Under the pieces are notes generated by a model that was not told the origin of the DNA, ran no database searches, and was given only the letters and a program-made list of their open reading frames with translations. Made by a program: the position numbers and the translations under genes. From an uncultured Dehalococcoidia bacterium (GTDB taxonomy: Bacteria; Chloroflexota; Dehalococcoidia; Lucifugimonadales; GCA-2712585), in assembly GCA_964587385.1 (NCBI GenBank), contig CAZPLA010000011.1, forward strand, positions 1,030 to 65,029: a stretch of DNA of 64,000 nucleotides, written 5' to 3'. Each line of letters starts with the position of its first letter. The stretch's first letter is position 1. This document shows, piece after piece, positions 18,552 through 28,344 of this stretch.

Positions 18552-19934
18552 ATGGCCACTATGGAACAAATTAAAGCTGCCTGTATTCACTGTGGGTATG
18601 AATTCTACCCAAGGGTGAAATCCCCGAAGAAATGTGGAAGCTGCCAAAAATCCTGGCCTCTGCACCGAACCGACGTCGCCCAAAGTCCAAAGCACCATAT
18701 TAAAAATGATAAACCGGTCAAAAGGGGTATCACATCAATTGACTCTGGAACGGTCACTTCGCCTAGTGGATATTTAGTAGGGGCCACATTTGCAGGAATG
18801 AAAACTTATAGAGAAGATAAACTTGACCTAGCTATATTGCTTTCAGAGAAACCTTGTTCAACTGCTGGAGTCTTTACAACTAACAAATTGAAGTCCCACT
18901 CAGTTGCTCTAACGCAAGAACGTATGGCATTAGGTAAAGCTCGTGCAGTAATCGTTAACAGTGGAATAGCAAACGCCTGTGTGGGTTACCACGGATATAA
19001 CGATGCCAAATCAATGTCAGCAAAAGCCGCATCTCACTTAGGCCTGGAAGCAAACGAGGTATTGGTATGTAGTACAGGAATTATAGGAGTGGAACTCCCA
19101 ATGTCCCTGATAAATTCAGGCGTTGATAGGATTGAAATGAAAGATGATGGCGGCTCTATGATGGCTAGAGCTATAGTAACAACCGATACTCGTACAAAAG
19201 AAATAGCAGTTACTTTTGACCTGGACGGAGTTAAGACAACCATAGGAGGTGTAGCAAAAGGGTCAGGAATGATCCACCCCAACATGGCAACTATGCTTGC
19301 ATTTATCTCCACTGATGCTGCCATAGAACCGGACATGCTTCAATCTATGCTTGAAGAATCGGTTGATCTTTCCTTCAACATGATCACGGTTGATGGAGAT
19401 ACTAGCACTAATGATACAGTCTTATTGTTCGCCAACGGAGCGTCAGGAACACAATTTATAAAAACTGATACTAAAGAATATAATCTCTTTAAAAAAGCTT
19501 TGAATCAAGTATGTATTTATTTAGCCAAAGAAATAGTAAGAGACGGGGAAGGTGCTACTAAAGTTATAGATATATCGATAGAAGGCGCGACAAGCATATC
19601 AGATGCACGTAAAGCCGCTAGATCTATTGCAGGTTCCAGTCTTGTAAAAACGGCAATATATGGTAATGACCCTAACTGGGGACGAATCGTATCTGCAATA
19701 GGATATAGCGGAGCAGAAGTAGTCGAAGAGAAAATCGCTCTTTACATCAACGGTGTATGCCTTATGGAAGAGGGAATTCCTGTACCGTTTCATAGAGATT
19801 CAATCATAGCAATAATGTCTGAACCGGAGATATCACTTAAAGTCAATCTTAACCTAGGTAACAGCAAAGCTACTGCCTGGGGCTGTGATATGACAGAAGC
19901 ATATGTCACTATTAACAGTGCATATACCACATAG
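18552..19934 (+). CDS. argJ: Bifunctional ornithine acetyltransferase / N-acetylglutamate synthase with an N-terminal ~60-aa 4-Cys extension
   Basis: The ArgJ core runs from about aa 60 (SPSGYLVGATFAGMK ... ATMLAFISTDA ... ends AYTT). The extension carries CIHC-x13-CGSC. Confidence 0.9.
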   Translation: MATMEQIKAACIHCGYEFYPRVKSPKKCGSCQKSWPLHRTDVAQSPKHHIKNDKPVKRGITSIDSGTVTSPSGYLVGATFAGMKTYREDKLDLAILLSEKPCSTAGVFTTNKLKSHSVALTQERMALGKARAVIVNSGIANACVGYHGYNDAKSMSAKAASHLGLEANEVLVCSTGIIGVELPMSLINSGVDRIEMKDDGGSMMARAIVTTDTRTKEIAVTFDLDGVKTTIGGVAKGSGMIHPNMATMLAFISTDAAIEPDMLQSMLEESVDLSFNMITVDGDTSTNDTVLLFANGASGTQFIKTDTKEYNLFKKALNQVCIYLAKEIVRDGEGATKVIDISIEGATSISDARKAARSIAGSSLVKTAIYGNDPNWGRIVSAIGYSGAEVVEEKIALYINGVCLMEEGIPVPFHRDSIIAIMSEPEISLKVNLNLGNSKATAWGCDMTEAYVTINSAYTT

Positions 19935-19961
19935 ATGCTCGCTACCTTAGGAGATACCTAA

Positions 19962-20759
19962 TTGGAAGAAAGCATACTATCAAAACCCATCGTCATAAAG
20001 ATTGGTGGGAGCACCTTGGGCAATAACGACACCAGCCTAGAAGATTTGGTTCACCTTCATAAACAAGGACTAAAATTAGTGGTTGTCCATGGGGGCGGAC
20101 AAACAATATCCCAGTGGATGAAACAACAGGGTATAATGCCAAGTTTCATCAAAGGTCTTAGAGTCACAGACTTGCAAAACCTAGATGTCGCTACCGCAGT
20201 TCTAGCTGGACTGGTGAACAAACAATTGGTTGCTTCCTTAATAGCACTCGGTGGTTCAGCTATAGGATTCAGTGGAATTGACGACCATATGTTGGAATGT
20301 CAAATGGCTGATATGAATTTAGGATATGTTGGCAATATAATCAAAGTAAATCCTGCACCCATAAACCAAGCATTAAGTAATAATTACATCCCGATTATAG
20401 CCCCAATGGGAATTCATCAAATTGATGGATCGGAAAATTCTGGACATATTCTTAATATTAATGGAGATACCGCAACGGGCCAAATAGCGTTTTCGCTAGG
20501 CGCATCTAAGGTGATTTTTTTGACAGACGTCGCAGGCGTTATTGACAGGTCAGGAAATGTAGTTAGGAAAATTAATGCCCAACAAGCCCAGATGTTGATA
20601 CGTTCAGGAACAGCTAAAGGTGGAATGATACCTAAATTGGAGGCATGCCTTGCTGCCTTACCTAGGGTCCCTGAAGCCGAAATTATAGATGGGCGTCTTC
20701 CTGAAGCTTTAAAAGCATCGATTGCAGGAAAAACCCCTGGAACTCACATCCAACCATAA
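19962..20759 (+). CDS. argB: Acetylglutamate kinase
   Basis: Contains KIGGS, VVVHGGG and NINGDTA. TTG start. Confidence 0.9.
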   Translation: MEESILSKPIVIKIGGSTLGNNDTSLEDLVHLHKQGLKLVVVHGGGQTISQWMKQQGIMPSFIKGLRVTDLQNLDVATAVLAGLVNKQLVASLIALGGSAIGFSGIDDHMLECQMADMNLGYVGNIIKVNPAPINQALSNNYIPIIAPMGIHQIDGSENSGHILNINGDTATGQIAFSLGASKVIFLTDVAGVIDRSGNVVRKINAQQAQMLIRSGTAKGGMIPKLEACLAALPRVPEAEIIDGRLPEALKASIAGKTPGTHIQP

Positions 20760-21004
20760 CCTATATATGTAACCATAAATAACTCAACCATGGACAAACT
20801 TCCCACCAAATACTATAGTCAACAGAAGGGAATAATTAGAAAAATTTCCGCACCTATCCCATGTCTAAAAAAGTTTATTAGGAAATAATTTAATTGAACT
20901 ATTGAGATTCCTAATTAATCACTTTGATGTGAAAGGCTTAAACATTATTTCTAAAATCATACATTCCTACCATATACCTGACATAGAAAAAGGAGAGGCA
21001 AAAA

Positions 21005-22189
21005 TTGATCCCAGATTGGATTAGCATAGAAAAACAATACTACGCCCAAACCGTAAAACGCCAACCAGTAGTTATTGAAAAGGGGATTGGAACCAGAGTT
21101 TGGGACGTAAATGGTAAAGAATATCTAGACTTTACTGCTGGATGGGCGGTAACCAACATAGGGCATAGTCACCCAGTAATTGTGGATGCAATAACAAAAC
21201 AAGCAGCTACCTTAATGCAAACATCAAATGCATTTTATACGATACCTCAACTCCACCTCGCAAAACTTCTAGTGACTAACAGTTGCTACGATAAAGTTTT
21301 CTTTGGTAATAGTGGTGCGGAAGCGATAGAAGGCGCGATTAAATTGGCTCGGAAATATGGAAAAGTAAACAGGGATGGAGCATATGAGATTATTACTGCT
21401 TACAACTCATTCCATGGAAGAACCATGAGTACTTTGGCCGCTACCGGGCAACCTCATTATCAAGAAACATTTAGACCTCTCACACCCGGGTTTATCCATG
21501 TTGATTTTAATGACATGGACCAAATACGTGAAGCAACTAGTGACAAAATAGCGGCCATTATGCTGGAACCGATTCAAGGTGAAGGAGGGGTTAACGTACC
21601 AGATGAAAATTACTTGTATGAGGTGAAAAAATGGTGTGAGAAACAGGGCCTACTGTTTATTGTAGACGAGGTACAAACAGGTATAGGCCGGCTTGGTAGC
21701 CTTTTCGGATACCAGGAATACGGCATTGAGCCAGATGTAATGGCTCTTGCAAAAGGTCTCGGAGGTGGAGTTCCTATTGGCGCATTTAAGTCAAAGGAAA
21801 ATTGTATGTCCTTAGAGCCCGGAGACCATGGTTCTACTTTTGGAGGCAATGCACTAACCACTGCTGCAGCATATGCATCGACAAAATATATCATCGATAA
21901 TAATATTCCCGATAACGCGAAAACCATGGGCAATGAACTTATGCAGTCTCTAAACAACCTCAAAAGCGTTTTCTCCTGTATAGAGGAAATTAGAGGAAAG
22001 GGATTGCTTATAGCTATCCAATTTGATGGTGACATAGCGGATAAAGCTTTAGAATTAATTCGCAATGAAGGAGTCCTGTCTAATATGGTTAAACCTAACG
22101 CCCTTAGACTAATGCCCCCCCTAACTATCACCAAACAAGAAATCGAAGAAGGGATAGAGCGAATAGGGAAAGCCCTGACAAAACTGTAG
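21005..22189 (+). CDS. argD: Acetylornithine aminotransferase (class III)
   Basis: Contains GHSHP, FIVDEVQTGIGRLG and LAKGLGGGVPIGA. TTG start with an AAGGAGAGG Shine-Dalgarno. Lies within the arg cluster. Confidence 0.85.
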   Translation: MIPDWISIEKQYYAQTVKRQPVVIEKGIGTRVWDVNGKEYLDFTAGWAVTNIGHSHPVIVDAITKQAATLMQTSNAFYTIPQLHLAKLLVTNSCYDKVFFGNSGAEAIEGAIKLARKYGKVNRDGAYEIITAYNSFHGRTMSTLAATGQPHYQETFRPLTPGFIHVDFNDMDQIREATSDKIAAIMLEPIQGEGGVNVPDENYLYEVKKWCEKQGLLFIVDEVQTGIGRLGSLFGYQEYGIEPDVMALAKGLGGGVPIGAFKSKENCMSLEPGDHGSTFGGNALTTAAAYASTKYIIDNNIPDNAKTMGNELMQSLNNLKSVFSCIEEIRGKGLLIAIQFDGDIADKALELIRNEGVLSNMVKPNALRLMPPLTITKQEIEEGIERIGKALTKL

Positions 22190-22204
22190 AATTAGGGAGA
22201 ATTC

Positions 22205-23404
22205 ATGGCACAAGAAACAATACTTTTAGCTTACAGCGGCGGATTGGACACTTCGGTATGTGTGAAATGGCTTCAAGAGAAATTGGACGCCAAAGTTGCA
22301 ACCCTTACCATAGATCTAGGCATGGTTGACTTAGAAAGCATACAACAGAGAGCCCTACAGATTGGTGCGGTTGAGGCACTTACCGTAAATGGTAAGGAAA
22401 CGTTCGTAGAAAATTATGCATTTCCAGCACTTAAAGCCGGAGCCATGTACGAAGAACAATATCCGCTAGCTACTGCCTTAGGACGACCTCTCATAGCAAA
22501 ATATTTGGTCGAAGCTGCACGAAAGGTAGGAGCCACAGCAATAGCTCATGGATGCACTGGCAAGGGTAACGATCAAGTGCGAATGGATATTAGCGTTGGG
22601 GCTCTGGCTTCAGATCTAAAAGTTATCGCCCCGGTTAGGGAGTGGGGATGGAATCGGGAAGAGGAAATTGAATATGCTAAATATCATAAGATACCGATAG
22701 AGGAAAAGCAAAATCGTTATTCAACAGATGAGAACCTATGGGGTAGGAGTATAGAAGCTGGTGATCTAGAAGATCCTTGGAGAGAACCTCCTGAAGATGC
22801 ATTTGCATGGACAAACCCAGTAAATGAAACCCCTGATGAACCAATTTACTTTGAGATATCTTTTGAACAAGGTGTGCCTCTAACATTAAATGGTGAGACC
22901 ATGGGTTCGGTGGATCTGGTACAGCATCTAAATCAGTTAGCTGGTATACACGGAGTAGGTCGAATAGACCATATAGAAAATAGACTAGTAGGAATAAAAT
23001 CACGAGAGGTGTACGAAGCTCCAGCTGCTATCGTCTTACATAAAGCTCATATGGCTTTAGAGTCGATGACTCTGAGCAAGGATCAAATCCGAATGAAGCA
23101 ACGTATAGCTCAGGAATATTCCGATGTCGTATACAATGGGTTATGGTTCACAGCTCATCGACGAGATATGGACGCTTACATACAAAATACACAAACCTAT
23201 GTCACTGGCAAGGTAAGAGTAAAACTCCATAAAGGCTCATGCTATATAGTAGGGCGTCAAGCACCAAAAGGGTTGTATACGCATGAGCTAGCCACATATG
23301 ACAGAGGAGACACATTCGACCATCGTGCATCAGAGGGATTTATTTCCATCTATGGACTCCCAGTTAGAACGCAGGCAAAGAATCAGGAAGAGATTTCGGA
23401 TTAA
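22205..23404 (+). CDS. argG: Argininosuccinate synthase
   Basis: Contains AYSGGLDTS and HGCTGKGNDQVR. Confidence 0.95.
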   Translation: MAQETILLAYSGGLDTSVCVKWLQEKLDAKVATLTIDLGMVDLESIQQRALQIGAVEALTVNGKETFVENYAFPALKAGAMYEEQYPLATALGRPLIAKYLVEAARKVGATAIAHGCTGKGNDQVRMDISVGALASDLKVIAPVREWGWNREEEIEYAKYHKIPIEEKQNRYSTDENLWGRSIEAGDLEDPWREPPEDAFAWTNPVNETPDEPIYFEISFEQGVPLTLNGETMGSVDLVQHLNQLAGIHGVGRIDHIENRLVGIKSREVYEAPAAIVLHKAHMALESMTLSKDQIRMKQRIAQEYSDVVYNGLWFTAHRRDMDAYIQNTQTYVTGKVRVKLHKGSCYIVGRQAPKGLYTHELATYDRGDTFDHRASEGFISIYGLPVRTQAKNQEEISD

Positions 23405-24760
23405 ATGAAACCATCTGACCTATATACCGTTTCAATAGCATATGACTGGAGGCTTTATAAACAGGACATAGCCGGTTCAATGGCCCACGTCAAAATGCTC
23501 GGCAAGCAAAACATAATTAGCATGGAAGACGTTCAGACCATATGTATGGGGTTGTCAAAAATAGAGACTGAAATTGAGAATGGCAAATTCCCATGGCACG
23601 AAAACTTAGAAGATATTCATATGAATATTGAAGACCGACTTCATACATTGATAGGAAGTGTTGCAGGAAAGTTGCATACTGCACGCTCCCGTAATGATCA
23701 GGTTGCTTTAGATATGCGAATGTACACAAAAGAGATGGTTCACAAGGTAATAGGGAAAATATCTTCAGCCCAAAAAGCTCTTGTTACCCAGGCCGAGTTA
23801 CATAGTGAAGTAATATTACCTGGTTACACCCATCTGCAGAGAGCTCAACCAGTAGTGCTCGCACATCACCTACTAGCTTATTTTGAGATGTTCCAAAGGG
23901 ATATTGTTAGATTCCAAGAATGTTATAACTCAGCAGATGTAATGCCGCTAGGTAGCGGCGCTCTGGCAGGAGTACCATACAACATAGACCGTGACCATGT
24001 AGCTAGCGAATTAGGGTTCAATCAAATAAGCTCAAACAGTATGGACGCTGTATCTGATAGGGATTTCCTTATCCAGTACCATGCAGCCGCTGCAATTTGC
24101 ATGATGCATATATCCCGATTGTCGGAAGAACTAGTTTTATGGTCCTCACAGGAATTTGGATTTGTGACCATGGCCCCTGAATTCCGTACTGGCAGTAGCA
24201 TAATGCCCCAAAAACAAAACCCAGATTTTGCAGAAATTGCTAGAGGCAAAACAGGCCGAGTTTACGGTTACCTAATGAGTATCCTCACTACATTAAAGGG
24301 ACTACCTTTAACCTACAACCGTGACCTTCAAGAAGACAAAGAAGTGTTTTTTAATACGATAGACAGTCTTTTCTCAACAATTGATGTGACAACATCCATG
24401 ATTGATAGTCTAAAGTTTAATTCTAGCAAAATGACAGAGTCTGCAAATTCCGGAAATATGCTGGCAACCGACTTAGCTGACTACCTAGTATCGAAAGGAC
24501 TACCTTTTCGAGAAGCTCATCAAATTCTTGGCAAAATATCCACTTATGCGGAGACTAAACAAAAGGAAGTCCATAGCTTAACGCTCAAGGAATATCGCCA
24601 ATTTTCAGATCTCTTCGAACAAGATGTCTCAGAAATTTCCCTGGAATCTTCTGTTATGGCTAGAAATGTAATCGGTGGAACATCTCCCAAAAGAGTAGCC
24701 AAAGCCCTAGTGACAGCAAAAAAGATTTTGGAGTCTCGTTATGGTTATGAAAACTTTTAA
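23405..24760 (+). CDS. argH: Argininosuccinate lyase
   Basis: Contains TARSRNDQV and the GSSIMPQKQNPD signature. The ATG directly follows the argG stop codon in the same frame. Confidence 0.9.
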   Translation: MKPSDLYTVSIAYDWRLYKQDIAGSMAHVKMLGKQNIISMEDVQTICMGLSKIETEIENGKFPWHENLEDIHMNIEDRLHTLIGSVAGKLHTARSRNDQVALDMRMYTKEMVHKVIGKISSAQKALVTQAELHSEVILPGYTHLQRAQPVVLAHHLLAYFEMFQRDIVRFQECYNSADVMPLGSGALAGVPYNIDRDHVASELGFNQISSNSMDAVSDRDFLIQYHAAAAICMMHISRLSEELVLWSSQEFGFVTMAPEFRTGSSIMPQKQNPDFAEIARGKTGRVYGYLMSILTTLKGLPLTYNRDLQEDKEVFFNTIDSLFSTIDVTTSMIDSLKFNSSKMTESANSGNMLATDLADYLVSKGLPFREAHQILGKISTYAETKQKEVHSLTLKEYRQFSDLFEQDVSEISLESSVMARNVIGGTSPKRVAKALVTAKKILESRYGYENF

Positions 24761-25409
24761 ATTAGCGCCTTCTATACTAAGTGCTGATTTCTCTCGCCTA
24801 GGAGAAGAAGTCAGTGAAGTATCCGCTGCAGGGGCAGATTACATACATTTGGACGTGATGGACGGAAAATATGTACCCAACATTACCTTCGGTCCTGTCG
24901 TTATTGAAAGCATTAGACCATACACAGAACTACCCCTAGATACACATCTCATGATTTCAGAACCTGAAAGATACATCGAAGAGTTTTCTAAGGCTGGGTC
25001 GGATATTCTGACAGTACATGCAGAGGCATCCACGCATTTACACAGAACTATATTCCAAATTAAAGAGGCTGGATGTCTAGCAGGAGTGGCAATAAATCCA
25101 ACTACTGCCCTAACTACTATAGAAAATGCCTTACCTTATGTGGACTTGGTACTTATTCTCACTGTTAATCCTGGGTTCGGAGGACAAACTCTGATACCCG
25201 AAGTGTTGGAAAAGGTCAGGAATTTAAGATCCTTGATAAACGAGAAGGGCTACTCGACTCAAATAGAGGTAGATGGTGGTATTAACGCCGACACCGCAAG
25301 TCAAGTAGTTCAATCCGGAGCAGATATCTTAGTAGCAGGCTCAGCAATATTCAACAAAACCGAATCTATAACCCTAGCGGTTGAACGATTGAGGAACAGC
25401 GTATCTTAG
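24741..25409 (+). CDS. rpe: Ribulose-phosphate 3-epimerase
   Basis: Contains APSILSADF, HLDVMDG and EVDGGI. Confidence 0.9.
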   Translation: MVMKTFKLAPSILSADFSRLGEEVSEVSAAGADYIHLDVMDGKYVPNITFGPVVIESIRPYTELPLDTHLMISEPERYIEEFSKAGSDILTVHAEASTHLHRTIFQIKEAGCLAGVAINPTTALTTIENALPYVDLVLILTVNPGFGGQTLIPEVLEKVRNLRSLINEKGYSTQIEVDGGINADTASQVVQSGADILVAGSAIFNKTESITLAVERLRNSVS

Positions 25410-25413
25410 TGAC

Positions 25414-25605
25414 CTAAGCTTTAACCTTTGTGACTTTATGAAGACTTCTCAAGCACCTAGTACATGTCTTGACACGCCTTCTAGTCCCATCAATTTCCAA
25501 TGTAAGCCTCTGAATGTTAGGCATAAACCTAGTTTTGGTACGCCTCTTAGAGTGGCTTACATTATTACCGGATACCCCTATTTTATTACACAGTTCACAA
25601 CGCAT
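25414..25605 (-). CDS. rpmB: 50S ribosomal protein L28
   Basis: MRCELCNKIGVSGNNVSHSKRRTKTRFMPNIQ...CTRCLRS. I prefer the internal ATG (aa 15 of the tracked ORF) because it gives the canonical 63-aa protein. Confidence 0.85.
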   Translation of the reverse strand: MRCELCNKIGVSGNNVSHSKRRTKTRFMPNIQRLTLEIDGTRRRVKTCTRCLRSLHKVTKVKA

Positions 25606-25691
25606 TTTTGTTCTATGATTGATCCTTATCAGATAAGTCGCATACAATCGAAGAGGTTATCACAGAAGATCATAATTTAACAAGGTGAAGA

Positions 25692-27350
25692 ATGGGCAAA
25701 GATCATCATAACCACAAACTCGAAAGACTTACTGGGCAAGATATGAAGCAAGCATTCATAACATCCACTCAGTATCTTGAAAGAGAAGCTGACCAAATTA
25801 ATGCCTTGAACGTTTTTCCAGTTCCAGACGGCGATACTGGTATTAACATGCTTTTCACTATGCGTTCAGCCAAAGACGAAATAGATAGTTTAGAGAATCC
25901 ACCTGTAAGTTTAGTGGCCTCAAAAATATCCCTTGGAGCACTCATGGGAGCCAGAGGTAATAGTGGGGTCATTTTGTCTCAATTTCTAAGCGGATTCGCG
26001 GCAGCCCTAGAGAATGTAGACTCATGTGATGCGCAAACCCTTGCTAAGGCATTTGTGGCCAGTGCAGACGCTGCATATTTAGCAGTTGCTAAGCCAGTAG
26101 AGGGAACAATGCTTACTGTGATGAGAGAACTATCAGACGCAGCATGCCAAGCTTCATTGGAAAATCAAGCTGACGTAATAGAGGTATGCAAGACCGCTGT
26201 GGACGCTGCTCACACTTCTGTAAGAAATACTCCGATGCTTCTAAATGTCCTCGCTGAAGCTGGAGTCGTTGATGCTGGAGGGGTTGGGATAGCGGTTTTA
26301 TTTGAGGGGTTCCTATCTTCCTTGCTAGGAAAATCAATAGAGAATATGAGTTTTCAAAAATATTCCTTACCCAATTTATCCCCAATACCGTCCTCTATCA
26401 ACAAACAATTTTTGGATGCGACTGAATCCAACCAATATGGATTTTGCACCCAATTTATGATTGAAGGATATACCGTAAATATAGATGAAATACGATCACA
26501 GATATCAGAAATGGGAGATTCGGTGGTAGTAATAGGAAACCAATCCATAATTAAAGTACATCTCCATTGTGAAGACCCAGATAACGTAATAAATGCCTGT
26601 CAAGCATTAGGCTCCATCAGTCAAATAAATGTTAGTAATATGGACCAACAACACGATGAGTTCTTGGATTTTCATCATCAATCGAAAGAAATTCCAAATT
26701 TGGGAATAGTAGCGGTAGTTAGAGGTGAAGGTTTTGCTAACCTGTTTAAAAGCTTAGGGTGTCATTCAATAATTGAATGCATAAATACTATGAACCCTAG
26801 CGCTACAGAACTGATAGAGGCGGCTAAAGAAACAAGATCTAGTCAAATAGTTATACTTCCTAACAATCCAAATATACACCTTACAACTGAACAAGCATCC
26901 AAAATATTTGGACCTGGCCTGCATTACATACCTACAAAGACCCTACCTGAGGGTATTTCAGCACTACTATCTGCCAGCCCTGAATTGCCAACTAACCAAG
27001 TATTAAAAAATATGAATGACGCAATTCAAGGCGTTAGAACATTAGACATATTTAAAGCAGTGAGAAGTGTAAAAATCTCAGGAACATCTATAATACAAGG
27101 TCAGATAATTGGGCTGTTAGATGGTAAACTAGTTGCAGTAGGAAAAATAGCAATCAACGTACTAAAGAAAAGTCTTGCAAATATGGATATAGAAGAAGAT
27201 CAAATTGTTACCATATATTGGGGCAGTGATACTGATACCGATACAGCTAATAGCGCTCTAGAGCAAGTTTCAACTCTTCTGCCAGAAAATGAAGTAGAGC
27301 TTGTATATGGTGGACAACCGTTCTATGATTACATTGTTTCATTGGAGTAA
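25692..27350 (+). CDS. yloV: DAK2-domain fusion protein (YloV family)
   Basis: NVFPVPDGDTGINM and GARGNSGVILSQ, with a C-terminal YloV-type domain. Sits in the conserved rpmB / yloV / degV / recG neighbourhood. Confidence 0.85.
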   Translation: MGKDHHNHKLERLTGQDMKQAFITSTQYLEREADQINALNVFPVPDGDTGINMLFTMRSAKDEIDSLENPPVSLVASKISLGALMGARGNSGVILSQFLSGFAAALENVDSCDAQTLAKAFVASADAAYLAVAKPVEGTMLTVMRELSDAACQASLENQADVIEVCKTAVDAAHTSVRNTPMLLNVLAEAGVVDAGGVGIAVLFEGFLSSLLGKSIENMSFQKYSLPNLSPIPSSINKQFLDATESNQYGFCTQFMIEGYTVNIDEIRSQISEMGDSVVVIGNQSIIKVHLHCEDPDNVINACQALGSISQINVSNMDQQHDEFLDFHHQSKEIPNLGIVAVVRGEGFANLFKSLGCHSIIECINTMNPSATELIEAAKETRSSQIVILPNNPNIHLTTEQASKIFGPGLHYIPTKTLPEGISALLSASPELPTNQVLKNMNDAIQGVRTLDIFKAVRSVKISGTSIIQGQIIGLLDGKLVAVGKIAINVLKKSLANMDIEEDQIVTIYWGSDTDTDTANSALEQVSTLLPENEVELVYGGQPFYDYIVSLE

Positions 27351-27355
27351 AAATA

Positions 27356-28210
27356 ATGGCAATAAAGATAATAACCGACAGCACTTCGGACTTACCGGCT
27401 GACTTAGCAGAAAAAGCAAACATAAGAGTGGTACCTCTGTACATTAATTTTATGGGAAACGAGAACCAGATCCAGAGTTTGCGAGATGGAATAGATGTTG
27501 ACCCAGATGGATTCTACAATCGACTTGGTCAAGAATCTAAGCTGCCAACCACATCACAACCTTCAGTACAAGACTTCATAGAAGTATATAAGGAATATCT
27601 GGACAATGGAGATCAAATAATATCTGTACACGTCTCATCCAAACTTAGCGGTACATGGAATTCTGCTACACAAGCTCACGAACAACTCGGTAGTAATCCG
27701 AACTTAGTTGTTATCGATTCTGGTCTTGTATCCATGGGCATGGGACTAGCTGTACTCGCTGGTGCCAAAGCTCTGGACAATGGAAAATCATTCGAAGAAA
27801 CCCAGGAGATAATCACTGGAGCATGTAACAAACTGAAACTATTTTGCATGGTAGATACCCTTGAATATCTACAAAAGGGCGGACGGTTAGGCAAAGGAGC
27901 CGCTTTCTTAGGTTCTTTATTATCTCTAAAGCCTATATTGGCTCTAACAGACGGTGAAATTCAACCATTTGAACGAGTCAGAACGAGGCGAAAAGCGCTA
28001 GATCGGCTAGGCTCAATAGGAGAGGAATTTGGCAAAATTGATGAAGCCTGCATATTATATACTACCACTCCAGAAGATGCAGAAGCGTTAAAAGAAAGAA
28101 TTAGTCGCTTGGTCCCATCTGACAAAATTATCATCACACGTCTTGGCCCAGTAGTGGGAACCCATGTAGGTCCCGGAGCTATAGGACTAATCGTCAGGCC
28201 ATCAGATTAA
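27356..28210 (+). CDS. degV: DegV-family fatty-acid-binding protein
   Basis: IKIITDSTSDLP, TSQPS and GPGAIGL. Confidence 0.9.
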   Translation: MAIKIITDSTSDLPADLAEKANIRVVPLYINFMGNENQIQSLRDGIDVDPDGFYNRLGQESKLPTTSQPSVQDFIEVYKEYLDNGDQIISVHVSSKLSGTWNSATQAHEQLGSNPNLVVIDSGLVSMGMGLAVLAGAKALDNGKSFEETQEIITGACNKLKLFCMVDTLEYLQKGGRLGKGAAFLGSLLSLKPILALTDGEIQPFERVRTRRKALDRLGSIGEEFGKIDEACILYTTTPEDAEALKERISRLVPSDKIIITRLGPVVGTHVGPGAIGLIVRPSD

Positions 28211-28344
28211 CGGTCATTCTAGACCTCATACTGGAAAATAATCTCGAGTCAAAGGAACGATCACAAAAAGAGTTCCCTAACTACACAGTCATATTCATTT
28301 TAGAACTTTAGTCTTTAGATCCTTCTACATGATAAACTCTGAAA

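Noticed and set aside
21610-22134. Long antisense ORFs inside genes (for example 174 aa opposite argD, 171 aa at 42189-42704 opposite selB, 138 aa at 2194-2610)
   Set aside because: Each lies wholly inside a well-supported gene on the other strand. They have low-complexity or biased composition and no start-site signals, so they are shadow ORFs.
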